From: a virus
DNA: 64,000 bases
IMG/VR virus record: IMGVR_UViG_3300025151_003852
Span: 1-64,000 of that record
Direction: 5' to 3' (one strand)
Part shown: positions 49,201 through 56,513 of the stretch, piece after piece
Position numbering within the stretch: position 1 is the first letter of the stretch
Layout: every line of letters begins with the position of its first letter
Translations under genes and position numbers: made by a program
The notes under the pieces: generated by a model
The model's input: the letters and a program-made list of their open reading frames with translations, nothing else
Databases searched by the model: none
What the model was told of the DNA's origin: nothing

Positions 49201-52200
49201 CCACCAGTTAAAAGACTACCTGTATCTTCATCGAACTCGTTTGTGACAGGGTTTAAGCCATAACGATAAACTTTACCTGCGGCTGAGTCACCAATCAAAT
49301 AACCCATTCTTGGAGTATATGCTACAGCACTACCAAATTCTTGTCCATCAGTACGATTTAGATTATTTGTTAAACTATAGTTAATTGACTTACGATAAAC
49401 TCCCCAATTACCATCACTTGCTTGGTCTACCCAAACAGTGTTTTTTGAGAACTCTGATTCAAGTAAATCTAAATCTGCAATGTCACCTGGCTTTTCAACA
49501 CGTTGCTCAACAAATGTCAAACCTAATCCAGTGAGTGGTCTGATAACAGGAGATACTGTTAATTGCAAATTAATTATAATCTGCGTGGTATTAACTACTT
49601 TAGTGACAATATAATATCCATTGACATTAGGAGCAACTTCTATAAAAGATACTGGATCTAATACTTTCAGATTGTGTCTTTGTTTAAATGTAATTGTAGT
49701 TGTGTTATCTTGGTTTGGTTGTACTGCTGTAACTTCTCCAACTGGCTTAACTGAATACACTCTCCACTGTTCTTTGAAGTTAGCAATCCACATGTAATCT
49801 CTTACATAAAATTGGCTAATAGGAATACGTTTACCATTAACATTAGTTGCTCTATTTGTTAATGATCTGAAATCATATGCTCCCATCTTAACGTCATCGT
49901 AATTTACATAACCTGCTGATGGGTAAAGACTTAATGGGTCTTCATATTGTAATGTAGATAAGATGTCTGGACCGTCAATTGGTCTTGCATAATTAAACAA
50001 GTTATGCACTGACACTTCTTGTTGAGAACCTATTGTAGGTGTCCCCTCAGTCAAAGATACAATGCCAGGATTACCTGTTAACTTTGCTTGATCTAATTTA
50101 AATTCAACAAAATTACTGTTCAGTGTTCCACCGAACTCTCCTGAAAGAATAGCCCAGTTTTCATAAACATCATAATCAATACCACCAGTTGGTAACTGAG
50201 TTCCTTTAAATGCTGATACTGCATTCGTTGTACCTTTAGTTTCAATTAAGTTTTTATAAACATTTACCTGAGTAATATCTGATAAATTTACACTTGCTAA
50301 ATAATCTCTAGGTCTAAAGCCTATCAGAGAGAATGACAATTGGTCTGCATCATTTTCTAAGTTTGCTTTTGTACTATTATAATATAATGTACTTTCATAA
50401 GAACGTGTTGCAGAGTTAGGTAATAAGCCTTTTTGTATATCGTTGTAATCTGTTTCTGTCCAATCAAGTTCTACAAACTTTTCACTAGGTTCAACTGTTT
50501 TGTTAGCAACAAAGAATTTATTTTTATACTTGACAATTTCACCTTTTGCATATTTAAATGCAACTTGCCATTCTTTAACATTATCTTGGTTGAGAATAAA
50601 TCCAGATGCACTAACTGTTCCGTTCCATTCAGCAGTTTTAGTTCCTCGTAAGTAAATACGATTCTGTCTTAACCCTGTTACTAAGTTATAAATGACATCA
50701 TTAAAAACTGTATTGTTGTCAAACACGATACCATGTTCAATACTGCTCATATTAAACTGACCATATCCCATAGTATCACCACTGTTTAGGGTTTTTACTT
50801 GGAACGCAGTATCTAAACGTTCTATTGCTAAATCTTTAGTTGCAATAGGATACAAGTTTTGATTCAATAAAAAGTTATCTTGTTGAACTGTTAATGGTTG
50901 AACGATATCACTATCTTTTTCAATCTTTAAATTTTGTGCCGACGGATTGACAGTCAGTAATGAGCCGTTTTCCCAATTAAATTGTGTCCAATATAGATAC
51001 TCTTGTATCATTGTAGTCCAATTAATTTCTTTTCCTAATTCGATAAGTTCAAACTTCATGCCTTTGCGTTCCAGCCATGAACCGTAACTTGCTAAGAATT
51101 GTGATAGGGCTTGATACGTGTAAAACTGTGTGCCATAAGGGACAATCTTTTCATCTTTTTTAGATGTAGTATAATCATTTGCAATTTCAACTGAGTAATT
51201 ATCTACTTCAACTTTACTTTTCTTGCCGTTATTAATAGGAGTATCTGTTGTAAAGTATGCTTGATCTTGTGAGTTACCAAATACTTTCCAGCCGTTTTCT
51301 ACAATCTGAATTATAACACTTGAAAATTTAATTTGATCGTTTGGTTGGTTATCATGTAATAAAACAGCATAACTTTCATCTGGTATTAATAGTGATGCAT
51401 TATCAGAGTTAGGCGTTGCTTTTTCTACAAAGAATTTTAATAATGTCTTGTCACTAAAGCCTGCTAATCTATAAATTAAACGAACATCTAAGTTGTCTAG
51501 TGTAGTTGTGATATCTTTAGTTGCATCAACACCTTGTTGTTTTTCAAAATCAACAATCCAGTTTATGTAACTTGTTTTTGCAGTACCATTACCATAGATT
51601 TCAATGTTGCCAAGGTTTAAATGACTTCGATCATTTACTAGATACTGATTAAATTCTGTATTAAATTTATAATTATCTAAGTCTGCACCTAAGTTAAAGA
51701 ATTGCGAAGGCTTAGTTAATGCAAATATTCGCATTAAGTCGAACGGATAAGATGAACTTCTTCTGTATGAGAATTCTGCCGGAGCGTCATCTCCTACTTT
51801 CCAATCACGTTGTAGAGTGTTAGAATCATATGCACCCACTAGTGCATCAAACGGAGATAAAAGATCACCGTGTTCATCTACAGGAATAATTTTGCTTAAG
51901 CCAGGTCGTTTTAATTCATCAACAGTAACACTTGTTGTTCCACCTGTATTATAAATAATACCTGCTTCGATGTCTCCCCACATAATACCGTTTTCACTTG
52001 TATATGGAGCAGGTCCATAACGACTAGTCCACCAAGTTGGTATTTCAGTGAATCCCAACATTTCCCAAGGTGCTATGTTTGGTTGAGATGTTCCATAAAA
52101 ATATTCATAGATACCTCTCCAATAACCTTGATCGATTGGTGTATTAGTCAGTTTGTTTCCTGATTGAAAATAGTTCCAACTAAACTGATTACCTTTTGTA

Positions 52201-55200
52201 TACCCTGTTTGTGTTTTATAATCGATCCTGTTTTGTCCAGCCCAATTTAAAAACTGTGTGCTATAAATTTTTAAATAGTCTTCTGTTGTATATGTTGACT
52301 CTCTAAAGAATCCAGGCAACACTTCATAACGTTCAATAGGAACAAGTGTGCTTAGTTTAATATTATTATAAATTCTAGTTTCAAATTCTAATAATGCTTG
52401 ATCTCTAAAATCAGTAAGTCCTGTCTCTGGAGTATAGTCAAGTGTATACAAAGATGTATACGATCCGTCATGACCTCTCAACATATATGTAGGCGTTTGA
52501 TAGTTTGGATCCAATACAACTTCAGGTTTCCATTTAGGATACATGCCTAACTTACTAGGCGTGTTAGGTACAAAGTTACCATATGTTTGATTGTATTCTT
52601 TGATTGTAACAACGTCACCTGCTTCTAAATCTTTAGTTACTGTCAGTGAAGGTGCGGTTGTCGATACAACATAATCTACATCTCTAATTAACTGAGATGT
52701 CTTTGTGACGCCACTAGTTGTTCTTGTAAGATAAACAAGTACACCTTTATAATTGGCTTCTGTAAAATCATACGTTTGGGCTAGAGGGTAAATGGACTCT
52801 TGCAATGCGTTTGCAAACGTATATGTATTTGACTTATATGGTGCCTGTGACGGCAACATGTCTGACCAGAAGAAAGAATCTCCTTCTGATTTTGCTGATA
52901 CTATTTGTTCTAAGGCTGTGTCTAAAATATAACTAGGATCAAATCTTTGCGACCAATCAATATCATTTACAGTTTTTACAAGTTGTTGCTTGTATTGAAT
53001 ATATTGATCTGCGTTGAATTGTAATGCATTAAACAAATTATGTTCTGACTTACGTAAAAATACACTAGGTAAAACTAGTGATGCAGAGTTTTGAATAATC
53101 TTTGTACCGTAAGGAACTAAATTACCTAAGTCTCTTAAATTGTTTGATCCAAAGATTGTACCTTCTGAATTCGGATTATTAATAAAGATGTCTTGGTACT
53201 GTGATCTAATATCACCTATGTCTGCAACTTCTAAATCTGTATTAAAAGGGTTGTTGCTTAAGTTAATAGGTATACTATAATAAGCAGAATCAGATGTTTG
53301 ATTACTTAGTACTAAAATTTGTACAGGTGTATCTACTGTCGGAGCAGTATTTAAAGTAATCTTTGTTGAGGTGTCAGTTTCAGTAATTGTATATGTAGAT
53401 TCTAATTGATATACATTGTTCACGTACACTTGTACACGTGGCCATGAATCATCTGATTCAGGTATTACAGCAACGTCACACGTGAATGAGGCTACGGACC
53501 CTTTACTATATTCTAATTCAAATATTTGATATTGAACTGAGGGGGCAATTGCTGTTTGCCAACCCAACTCACGTGTTTTGTCAGTACGTGTAGTATAATT
53601 ATACACGTAACCTGTGTTGACTTTTTCAGTAACTGGTGTTGATCCAGTAACATATGAAAATGAGTCAACGTTCAAAGAGCAATCAAAACTAATATCACCT
53701 ACATTATCTACTGCTGAATAACGCAACGGGAAACCTAATACAGCATCATTGACTCCTGTACCTCTGCCATAAGCAAATAGTTTATTACCTAAAAATGATG
53801 AACCTTGATAAACTGTGGTGTCTCCAAATGAGATGCCGTCTTTGTCAAAGATATCAAATTGTGGTGCTTGATTGACTGTAAGTTTTTGTTGTGCTTCTTC
53901 CCAAGTTGCTCCATCAAACCAAAAAGTAGAACCTTGATAATTGTATCCTCTAAGTGCTACTGCTTGATCATCTGTTAAACAGAGAGCATCGTCTGCTTCA
54001 GTTAATGTTATAACTGGAGTAGATCCAAATGTAATTGTTGAGAAGCCGACAACATAAATTTTATTTCTAACTTCTAAATTAGTATCTGCTGTAAAGATAA
54101 CTCTTGCACCAGAGAACAATTCATAGTTGTTTACTGTTGTGTCACTTCCTACGATTGATACGTTTGTTTGTCCAACTACAGTAGATGATGCAAACTCGAC
54201 TGTTAAAACAGTATTGGCACCAACTACTTCGATGTTTGTAATTTGTGTATTATTCGGTAATGCAAAGTTAGAGTCTGTTACATACATGTTAACAGCAAAT
54301 GACGTATAAATGTCTGCTGTTGGAATAGTGATTGTTGTACTCGTTCCTGTTACTCCTGCAATCGTAGCGGTGTAACTTGTATATGTTTCTATGTCAGGAT
54401 AGTATTGTTGCTTGTTTGCAACTTGATCAAATGCATTTGTTGTTCTTGTATCGATAAAGTCTACAGGTGCTTTTGCAATTGTACCTGAATCAAAGAGTTT
54501 TAAGTTTGGATAAAACTCAATAATCGGTCTTTTTGCTTTTGCTGTTCCTGTTGCATAATTTGTAACAATTGATGGGTCATCATTATATTCAGCAGTTGCA
54601 TTAATAACATCAATGTGGAACCATCTGTTAGAACGTGACCAAGCATTTCTATTAATAGAGTTTCTACCGATAGTAATATAATCTTGGTCTACAGGAATAA
54701 ACAACTCTGTATCAAAGTTACCAATTGAATATGGTAGTGAGTCGTAAGGAATATAGTTTGTTCCTGTAAAGTCTTCTGGTACTGTTAAGTCGGTAGTTGG
54801 AATTAAATTAATAGATTCTCCTACACCTTGAACATAATACTCACCTGACAAATAATTTGAAGGAACAACATCTCCATCAAATTGTACTTTTAATCCGTTT
54901 GTAAAAACAACACCATTTGTTGATGTAAATGTTTTTTGTCCTATAATATCTTGGTCAACATCTAAAGTATTTGTTAAATTACTTTCGATTAATTTAATAA
55001 CACCCACTTTATTTGCATTTGTACCGTCTTGGTAGTATAATGTATCTAATAATGCTGAAAGATAAGGTACTCTAGTAATCTCGCCTGCTAATGATCTGTA
55101 AAAATCTAAGCCGATAAATTCTGTACCAAATTGAACAGTAATCTTTTCTTCGGTTGGTATTACACCTGCGGGAATCAAACGAATAGTTGGGTCTGATGAA

Positions 55201-56498
55201 TCTCCTACATATGTAATTGTGTAAAAGTTTTCACTAACATTTGTATAAAAGCCTTCTTCCCACAAACCTTCATTAATGTTTGCAACCATTGATCCTGTGT
55301 CAGGAGTCAATGACAATGTTGGGCCATTCAATGTTAGTGAAATCGTAAACGATGTTGAATCAATAATATCTTTTACATAGTAAATTGTATCAACGTCTAG
55401 TCCACCAAGTAACGGATCACTTTCAGGTACTGCTGTAAATGTAACAGTTTGATTTGCAACTAAGTCTGCTGTAGTGCCAGATGATAATCTAAGTTGTGAT
55501 GTTGTAGTTTCATCGATTGCTAATGTGACAGGAGCAACAATTTCAGGCGATGTTAAATTAACGTCATAGTTTGCTCCATTCTCATCAAAGAATGATTGAA
55601 CAAAACCTACTTCGTTTGGTTCTTCTGTTTGATAGAACATAACAGTAAGACCTTCTAATGAAGTTACTCCGTCTATGTTTCCTACTTGACTAATTGTTAA
55701 GCCGTTAATTTCTGAAAATAGTTTTGTACTTACAACACCAACTGTATTGTTACCCGGGAATATAAAGTCATTCTGTGCTTCTCTACTTGGAACAGTAAAT
55801 GTTACATAGCCTGTATTTGCACCATTATTATTAACACCTAAAATCTCTCTTGTGTTTTGTGCTCCGTCCATGCCTGTAACACCGGGAACACCCTGTATCC
55901 AAAACTGAGTTTCTTGGTTGACTGCAAATCTATAAGAGCCGCCACGCAGTAAAGTAAGAGTAGGATTCAACGATCCTGCTCCTGCGCCTAATGCTTTAAT
56001 ACTATATGCGTTTGATGTATCTGTAACAATGTAATCTGATTCTGAAAATACTGTAGCACTAGCAACAGTGACTGCTGGAGGACCGTCTGGTATCCAAAAA
56101 TACTGATTAAAATTAATTAACTTATCTAAGTCTGTAAACGAGTCCCATGAATAAAATTGACTATTAAACAAACGAGAGTTATCTAATGTTACTCCGCCTT
56201 TAAGTTGTAATGCATCAATAAGTTCTGGGTAAGTTAAAAAGTCTTTAGCAGTAGATTGATTTTCATTTAAGAATGCAGTACCGGGTGCTAGTTGATAATC
56301 TGTTCTTGTTTTGTTTGGTTCAGTTACATAGTAATCTTTTGCATTAACACCATAACCAAACTTACTTCCGACATAACCTTGCAACGTTTCTGTTTTGGGT
56401 TCGTTGACTAATTGATCTAGTGTTGCACCTAAAAACTGTGCATTGGTAGAGGTTTTAAATATCTCAGGTAAAAACTCTAATGTTCTGATCTTTGCCAT
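37209..56498 (-). CDS. Giant (6429 aa) baseplate wedge/fibre structural protein with beta-propeller-like and repeated beta-sandwich modules
   Basis: Uninterrupted 19.3-kb ORF directly after the gp6-like gene. FG-GAP-like motifs (FGSAVA, FGKAIA, FGFSVS, IGAP), BNR-like S.DG..W motifs, about 16 GG..G.YY(V/I)..FTIS repeats, V.NPG.GY motifs. Confidence 0.8.
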   Translation of the reverse strand: MAKIRTLEFLPEIFKTSTNAQFLGATLDQLVNEPKTETLQGYVGSKFGYGVNAKDYYVTEPNKTRTDYQLAPGTAFLNENQSTAKDFLTYPELIDALQLKGGVTLDNSRLFNSQFYSWDSFTDLDKLINFNQYFWIPDGPPAVTVASATVFSESDYIVTDTSNAYSIKALGAGAGSLNPTLTLLRGGSYRFAVNQETQFWIQGVPGVTGMDGAQNTREILGVNNNGANTGYVTFTVPSREAQNDFIFPGNNTVGVVSTKLFSEINGLTISQVGNIDGVTSLEGLTVMFYQTEEPNEVGFVQSFFDENGANYDVNLTSPEIVAPVTLAIDETTTSQLRLSSGTTADLVANQTVTFTAVPESDPLLGGLDVDTIYYVKDIIDSTSFTISLTLNGPTLSLTPDTGSMVANINEGLWEEGFYTNVSENFYTITYVGDSSDPTIRLIPAGVIPTEEKITVQFGTEFIGLDFYRSLAGEITRVPYLSALLDTLYYQDGTNANKVGVIKLIESNLTNTLDVDQDIIGQKTFTSTNGVVFTNGLKVQFDGDVVPSNYLSGEYYVQGVGESINLIPTTDLTVPEDFTGTNYIPYDSLPYSIGNFDTELFIPVDQDYITIGRNSINRNAWSRSNRWFHIDVINATAEYNDDPSIVTNYATGTAKAKRPIIEFYPNLKLFDSGTIAKAPVDFIDTRTTNAFDQVANKQQYYPDIETYTSYTATIAGVTGTSTTITIPTADIYTSFAVNMYVTDSNFALPNNTQITNIEVVGANTVLTVEFASSTVVGQTNVSIVGSDTTVNNYELFSGARVIFTADTNLEVRNKIYVVGFSTITFGSTPVITLTEADDALCLTDDQAVALRGYNYQGSTFWFDGATWEEAQQKLTVNQAPQFDIFDKDGISFGDTTVYQGSSFLGNKLFAYGRGTGVNDAVLGFPLRYSAVDNVGDISFDCSLNVDSFSYVTGSTPVTEKVNTGYVYNYTTRTDKTRELGWQTAIAPSVQYQIFELEYSKGSVASFTCDVAVIPESDDSWPRVQVYVNNVYQLESTYTITETDTSTKITLNTAPTVDTPVQILVLSNQTSDSAYYSIPINLSNNPFNTDLEVADIGDIRSQYQDIFINNPNSEGTIFGSNNLRDLGNLVPYGTKIIQNSASLVLPSVFLRKSEHNLFNALQFNADQYIQYKQQLVKTVNDIDWSQRFDPSYILDTALEQIVSAKSEGDSFFWSDMLPSQAPYKSNTYTFANALQESIYPLAQTYDFTEANYKGVLVYLTRTTSGVTKTSQLIRDVDYVVSTTAPSLTVTKDLEAGDVVTIKEYNQTYGNFVPNTPSKLGMYPKWKPEVVLDPNYQTPTYMLRGHDGSYTSLYTLDYTPETGLTDFRDQALLEFETRIYNNIKLSTLVPIERYEVLPGFFRESTYTTEDYLKIYSTQFLNWAGQNRIDYKTQTGYTKGNQFSWNYFQSGNKLTNTPIDQGYWRGIYEYFYGTSQPNIAPWEMLGFTEIPTWWTSRYGPAPYTSENGIMWGDIEAGIIYNTGGTTSVTVDELKRPGLSKIIPVDEHGDLLSPFDALVGAYDSNTLQRDWKVGDDAPAEFSYRRSSSYPFDLMRIFALTKPSQFFNLGADLDNYKFNTEFNQYLVNDRSHLNLGNIEIYGNGTAKTSYINWIVDFEKQQGVDATKDITTTLDNLDVRLIYRLAGFSDKTLLKFFVEKATPNSDNASLLIPDESYAVLLHDNQPNDQIKFSSVIIQIVENGWKVFGNSQDQAYFTTDTPINNGKKSKVEVDNYSVEIANDYTTSKKDEKIVPYGTQFYTYQALSQFLASYGSWLERKGMKFELIELGKEINWTTMIQEYLYWTQFNWENGSLLTVNPSAQNLKIEKDSDIVQPLTVQQDNFLLNQNLYPIATKDLAIERLDTAFQVKTLNSGDTMGYGQFNMSSIEHGIVFDNNTVFNDVIYNLVTGLRQNRIYLRGTKTAEWNGTVSASGFILNQDNVKEWQVAFKYAKGEIVKYKNKFFVANKTVEPSEKFVELDWTETDYNDIQKGLLPNSATRSYESTLYYNSTKANLENDADQLSFSLIGFRPRDYLASVNLSDITQVNVYKNLIETKGTTNAVSAFKGTQLPTGGIDYDVYENWAILSGEFGGTLNSNFVEFKLDQAKLTGNPGIVSLTEGTPTIGSQQEVSVHNLFNYARPIDGPDILSTLQYEDPLSLYPSAGYVNYDDVKMGAYDFRSLTNRATNVNGKRIPISQFYVRDYMWIANFKEQWRVYSVKPVGEVTAVQPNQDNTTTITFKQRHNLKVLDPVSFIEVAPNVNGYYIVTKVVNTTQIIINLQLTVSPVIRPLTGLGLTFVEQRVEKPGDIADLDLLESEFSKNTVWVDQASDGNWGVYRKSINYSLTNNLNRTDGQEFGSAVAYTPRMGYLIGDSAAGKVYRYGLNPVTNEFDEDTGSLLTGGTSFGKAIAYSNNLFVISEPETSLTTSTLRIYTLNDSVLSDDILPLQSFTSTFSSGTSLAISDDQNYIFAGNPSNNSVQVYNRQHIPLTAGYFNVGETYEITSVGTTDFTALGAVENKVGIIFVSTGAGTGTGTATQISYEAISDIDGTLAPVNASAGDNFGFSVSCDDEADCISIGAPNTASPTTKTNWGTNYSFSRLVQNIESQYTAIPNQPQQYPLAWTTSFASRNATAVASNVITFTGTAIDATYTNTPVVFNEGGTYGDSGITPNQVYYMQYVGAQTFSLKESRSTNTVITLTDEPTVNFDIYPQQEPLLVFVNGTIVDDNNYAVGGGTSDFRYFGDIRAGDIIEISTRRIQWVQTMVPEADDRVGVFMGYASDMGTYGNELLIGAPGEIRIEGAKQTDGTVYRYTNAGGKYGTVIGTGVTNLTTDTKLLINGYLVELPSGANASTVSSLINQYGITNITSSATDDGKLIISIIDQSLALVNEKLILQAPSTDAFAELGLEIYQQTQLINAPHNQSRTLFGNTIKFNEHDSVVISAPVSTRYLATTFDFIDDENLDNDTIFDNNATRWVDTWDNAGAVYMYDYLANYNGSITDPGKFTYAQNCNSQDQNYGFEPEYGTAIDFTNNQVVIGTPNLSFGDLEGQVTLFQNSGTAKDWEIYRQSAPVVDINRIQNSQVYSAETNDTLINLDYMDPMQGKLLGAARENIDYVNSVDPAIYNSAIGEINSGLTWGANQIGHIWFDTTNVRWLNYHQNDVVYNSKMWGRIFPGSQVACYTWVKSTTPPNQYTGTGTPKSNTKYSVETDINATNTVQPCYYFWVRNTNKVETSIGKTLSDTTIQRYIGEPSRSGIAYFAPLLPNTFALYNTQPYINTTDSVFHIGYAEGNNDDPSHQEFNLIKDGEPDDFLPGLPKFGPQTSTNRPEGLYDRLLDSLSGVDEVGEVVPNPYLPKAVQSGVLARPRQSFFFSRFLGLENYLEYANKVLAEYPISETRQDATYLFASGEFYDTADYWQYVNWWLPTKNPVGQYNNNTKSTVSVEKYSDLAKLNVEVNTIATVEANGDGKWEMYRYDGNSVWTRIGLENGTIQFNTYLWDYAAGKTGFGDNFFDTTDFDEYPSEETRWIIRALNEQIYIDELVEFRNKSLIILFEYIQSETDESQNYLPWLNKTSLVDVSHVIRELKPIQNYQQDNQEFLSGYINEAKPYHVVIKDFLFKYTGIDTYDGNVTDFDLPAEWNETTQSYISPQLVYENVDGTNEFLPTDAIWQKEQYRNWYNNYGLSLVGESDYEITELNEYMTIGSVLIMVDNAQGFPINGTIQIDEEIISYSFVDRALNTLGGLQRGLNGTTPTTHLPGAKIIIDLPAVVILDGGKNYVEPPKVTAYIDLEKYPAPRVDAELEAVMSVDSVISVNVINPGEGYAVLPEIRVAPAEQLFFTNDDINSTLHTIKLFAPSLQTGNLIQYKDDSTTGATVTRLVDGQWYYINVLETTPTTIVGLYTSYDDAVNETNRVELSAGTTDGDFALNVGAKASAITSSSPTRENNLAVRFDRTTYTSQVLDWEANVFYGAFFAGSYFNSENVASSSISLQATQPPIADISASAQGAIFEIANVTNDHNVYYTEFKRIVELTETTGNLIRLDPYDENNGELNSSGSTIGFYVGMPIKFTGAVIGGIVDEQVYYVHSVVNVTDFTISETPGGAVKTLPDATAPLAGMFAYAGEVTDTAVVTLNYPGLLTATATEAVTNKITIPQSVIGTGGTDGFYVGIPLFFTGDVFGDIEENDVYYVTTVVDEQTITIGPTETPLTTTVSATTTSTDIITVADTTGFSINDPVIFNMMLDVNGNKITDFGGITSGTVYYVNEIVSMTELKVGVSVNVSPLTLSTVTTGSALLTNQKDTIDLSTATGSMLMHVSLPVSPGQVDGQKFTMYNTSAYYTDITSGVLTNTLDRTCYATIAGDNAEGTDNRIALNEQDKGTFNFYTDMPIVFNSVPGGSGLSTGVTYYIFDFSLDGDESTYITVDCTSTSSSTNRITCADTSSLWVNMPIRFTGVGLGNIVVGDEYYIKSIDSSTQFTITEVAGGSTFVLQNDNGPMVGTGNPWIRLSTSKGGTQDVTVADTNSTFSLSQTPTVDGVFDIGYKLGGYRVILSNAGEGYAIDNVITISGSELGGDSPLNDATLKVNSVDADGTITSLIVSGEPNDLTTDYYLKVVGQNTLEVYSDARMTVPVSGIGFAFDGFTTTDVTGCTSGTDSITLTDVSGFSLNDEVIFEGVVPNNSIDAQVSTSYYIKTIDTGTNEVTISSNPGGTVVNVITTVSITGLTLSKAGGYAFLPEPFYFNQSIIKYLDRVYRCVISNNDSEFIIGKWEELRSDDRVLNALDRVEGYYQPNINMPGIDLEQLFTGITYPNAVYLGNAFAPEDQFTVDTVLKDEPFYPTGVSITGVLWNGINYIASANFDKYTGVIASIEGQSWSTKQISNIVVNATDIVYGGGLYVMTTTNTATPIYRSNDGVTWTTNGWFTPYGALPYDTNPYSSTSLSIAAITLQSTAHRNNYYVSVGEGIVNSPDTYVWTERKVYDTPLAVTLYGVNSIDTTGFGGFIAVGKGKKYDYSTGVTELIDTNIIAYSYEPTGEYWQDGPQLTPNGLYGVASNGTIAIAVGENDVKYQTNNGGDWTGINEVGIVSINESSNELNVTNTDGFINADPVRFTDSFGGLLIDTTYYINIVSSTQVEVYTDSGLTSQVTLVDDVIPLQARMYLYDANSDVLRDVIYADSIWMTVGDNGRIQTSSDGLRWTTQTSGTTQDLNGVTYSPETDTFVVVGDNNAILQSTDSGVTWTSTGVFTVEAPVYDVKGDEFTSGYGPEELVPGLVKDNLNLTVVTRPGTVWDVTQYSHTGFNVVSRVIEPATEFQVDYSFDQFVQYPIDMSVQIIDPITGLGTGLATSEYSINWITKVITLNTPLAFAPKQSLRVDVYEVGNGNQLVKGNTDTDPIRETVSTGFDDIYLNCNYSASFFQGSGAIRTGSASVEVEATETIAAGDTIVCVSVSDFTVNESISFQGVVFGGVAEDTPYFVKSISTATNSITISETYDSSTGLAGPIKSLTDATGSMIVNIQTGSGTVWTDPLVYHNGTRLVLGKTNSVSRTKASNNGITVGTTAGLAVGNRIQFAADMFGSDITPNTVYYIESIIDNNEFTISETDGGPVFTLSDASGISSYVTNDYAIGRQPNGIQAKLVLASPTGYVNGEDYLVYSIFGDSGDPSQYGYSVPEIQEYVGNGSQASFPMSNFNGGDNPHNAIVEVNGLRQTSSQYTVDDGTNSVLFNAPPALNDKISVLTYNNTERQYLTTQYGISGTSGSSFTTITVTATTHTEGTFDEDTPDVETYDQDTPTVVMYDELLDTLTCADTSVLAEDEPIVFSNPTIGGITAGVTYYILEIIDATTFTISLTVGGTPVTVTTDSGSMVGSSNAITVANITNIETGQEEPLRVTQATATDGITNAITFDTTSGFAVDQQIYFQGTDFGGLEQGTVYFVENVIDSTTATIKDQTGAQVSLSTATGLMVTTCGGNPTTRITTGIPHSLATDQLVRIDGVYGAVELNGNSYYVRVFDQYRFEIYTQVYNPALDAVNYPVTGVSTYISGGYVWRQGTFFLVTTQATATATTNRITCQDTSQLVVNNEVIFSQQGQVAGAPVLGGLTQGTTYYIKQILSGTEFTIGLTRNASSEVSLTNDTGVMNVTQWEQTNVERLWVTVNGYRLPTNKLRLDEDNEVSILTDIAPGDVVIITNMIPHSTPDEEIYLNAVNQDGEQSVYRANTQSRTWLAEPIFPLSQVIYLGDVTRVTDNLVEDRIAPTPVDNIYSIGLNSDKNILSGVTVLNNTTGNTLDTDTYEVVIEELAPILKITDGTYISAGDSLTITSLEGNVLYINGEQIKFTSVDFDNNSVTGLQRGANGTAVQNYTAKYTEVFSLLSNNQLPDLYIDQSWNSYNFNKVEGDPLSISETAPAQFLHTDIT

Positions 56499-56502
56499 AT
56501 TT

Positions 56503-56508
56503 TATTTA
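56503..56508 (-). promoter_or_regulatory. Late-promoter-like TAAATA
   Basis: 4 nt upstream of ATG 56498. Confidence 0.58.
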
Positions 56509-56513
56509 CAACC

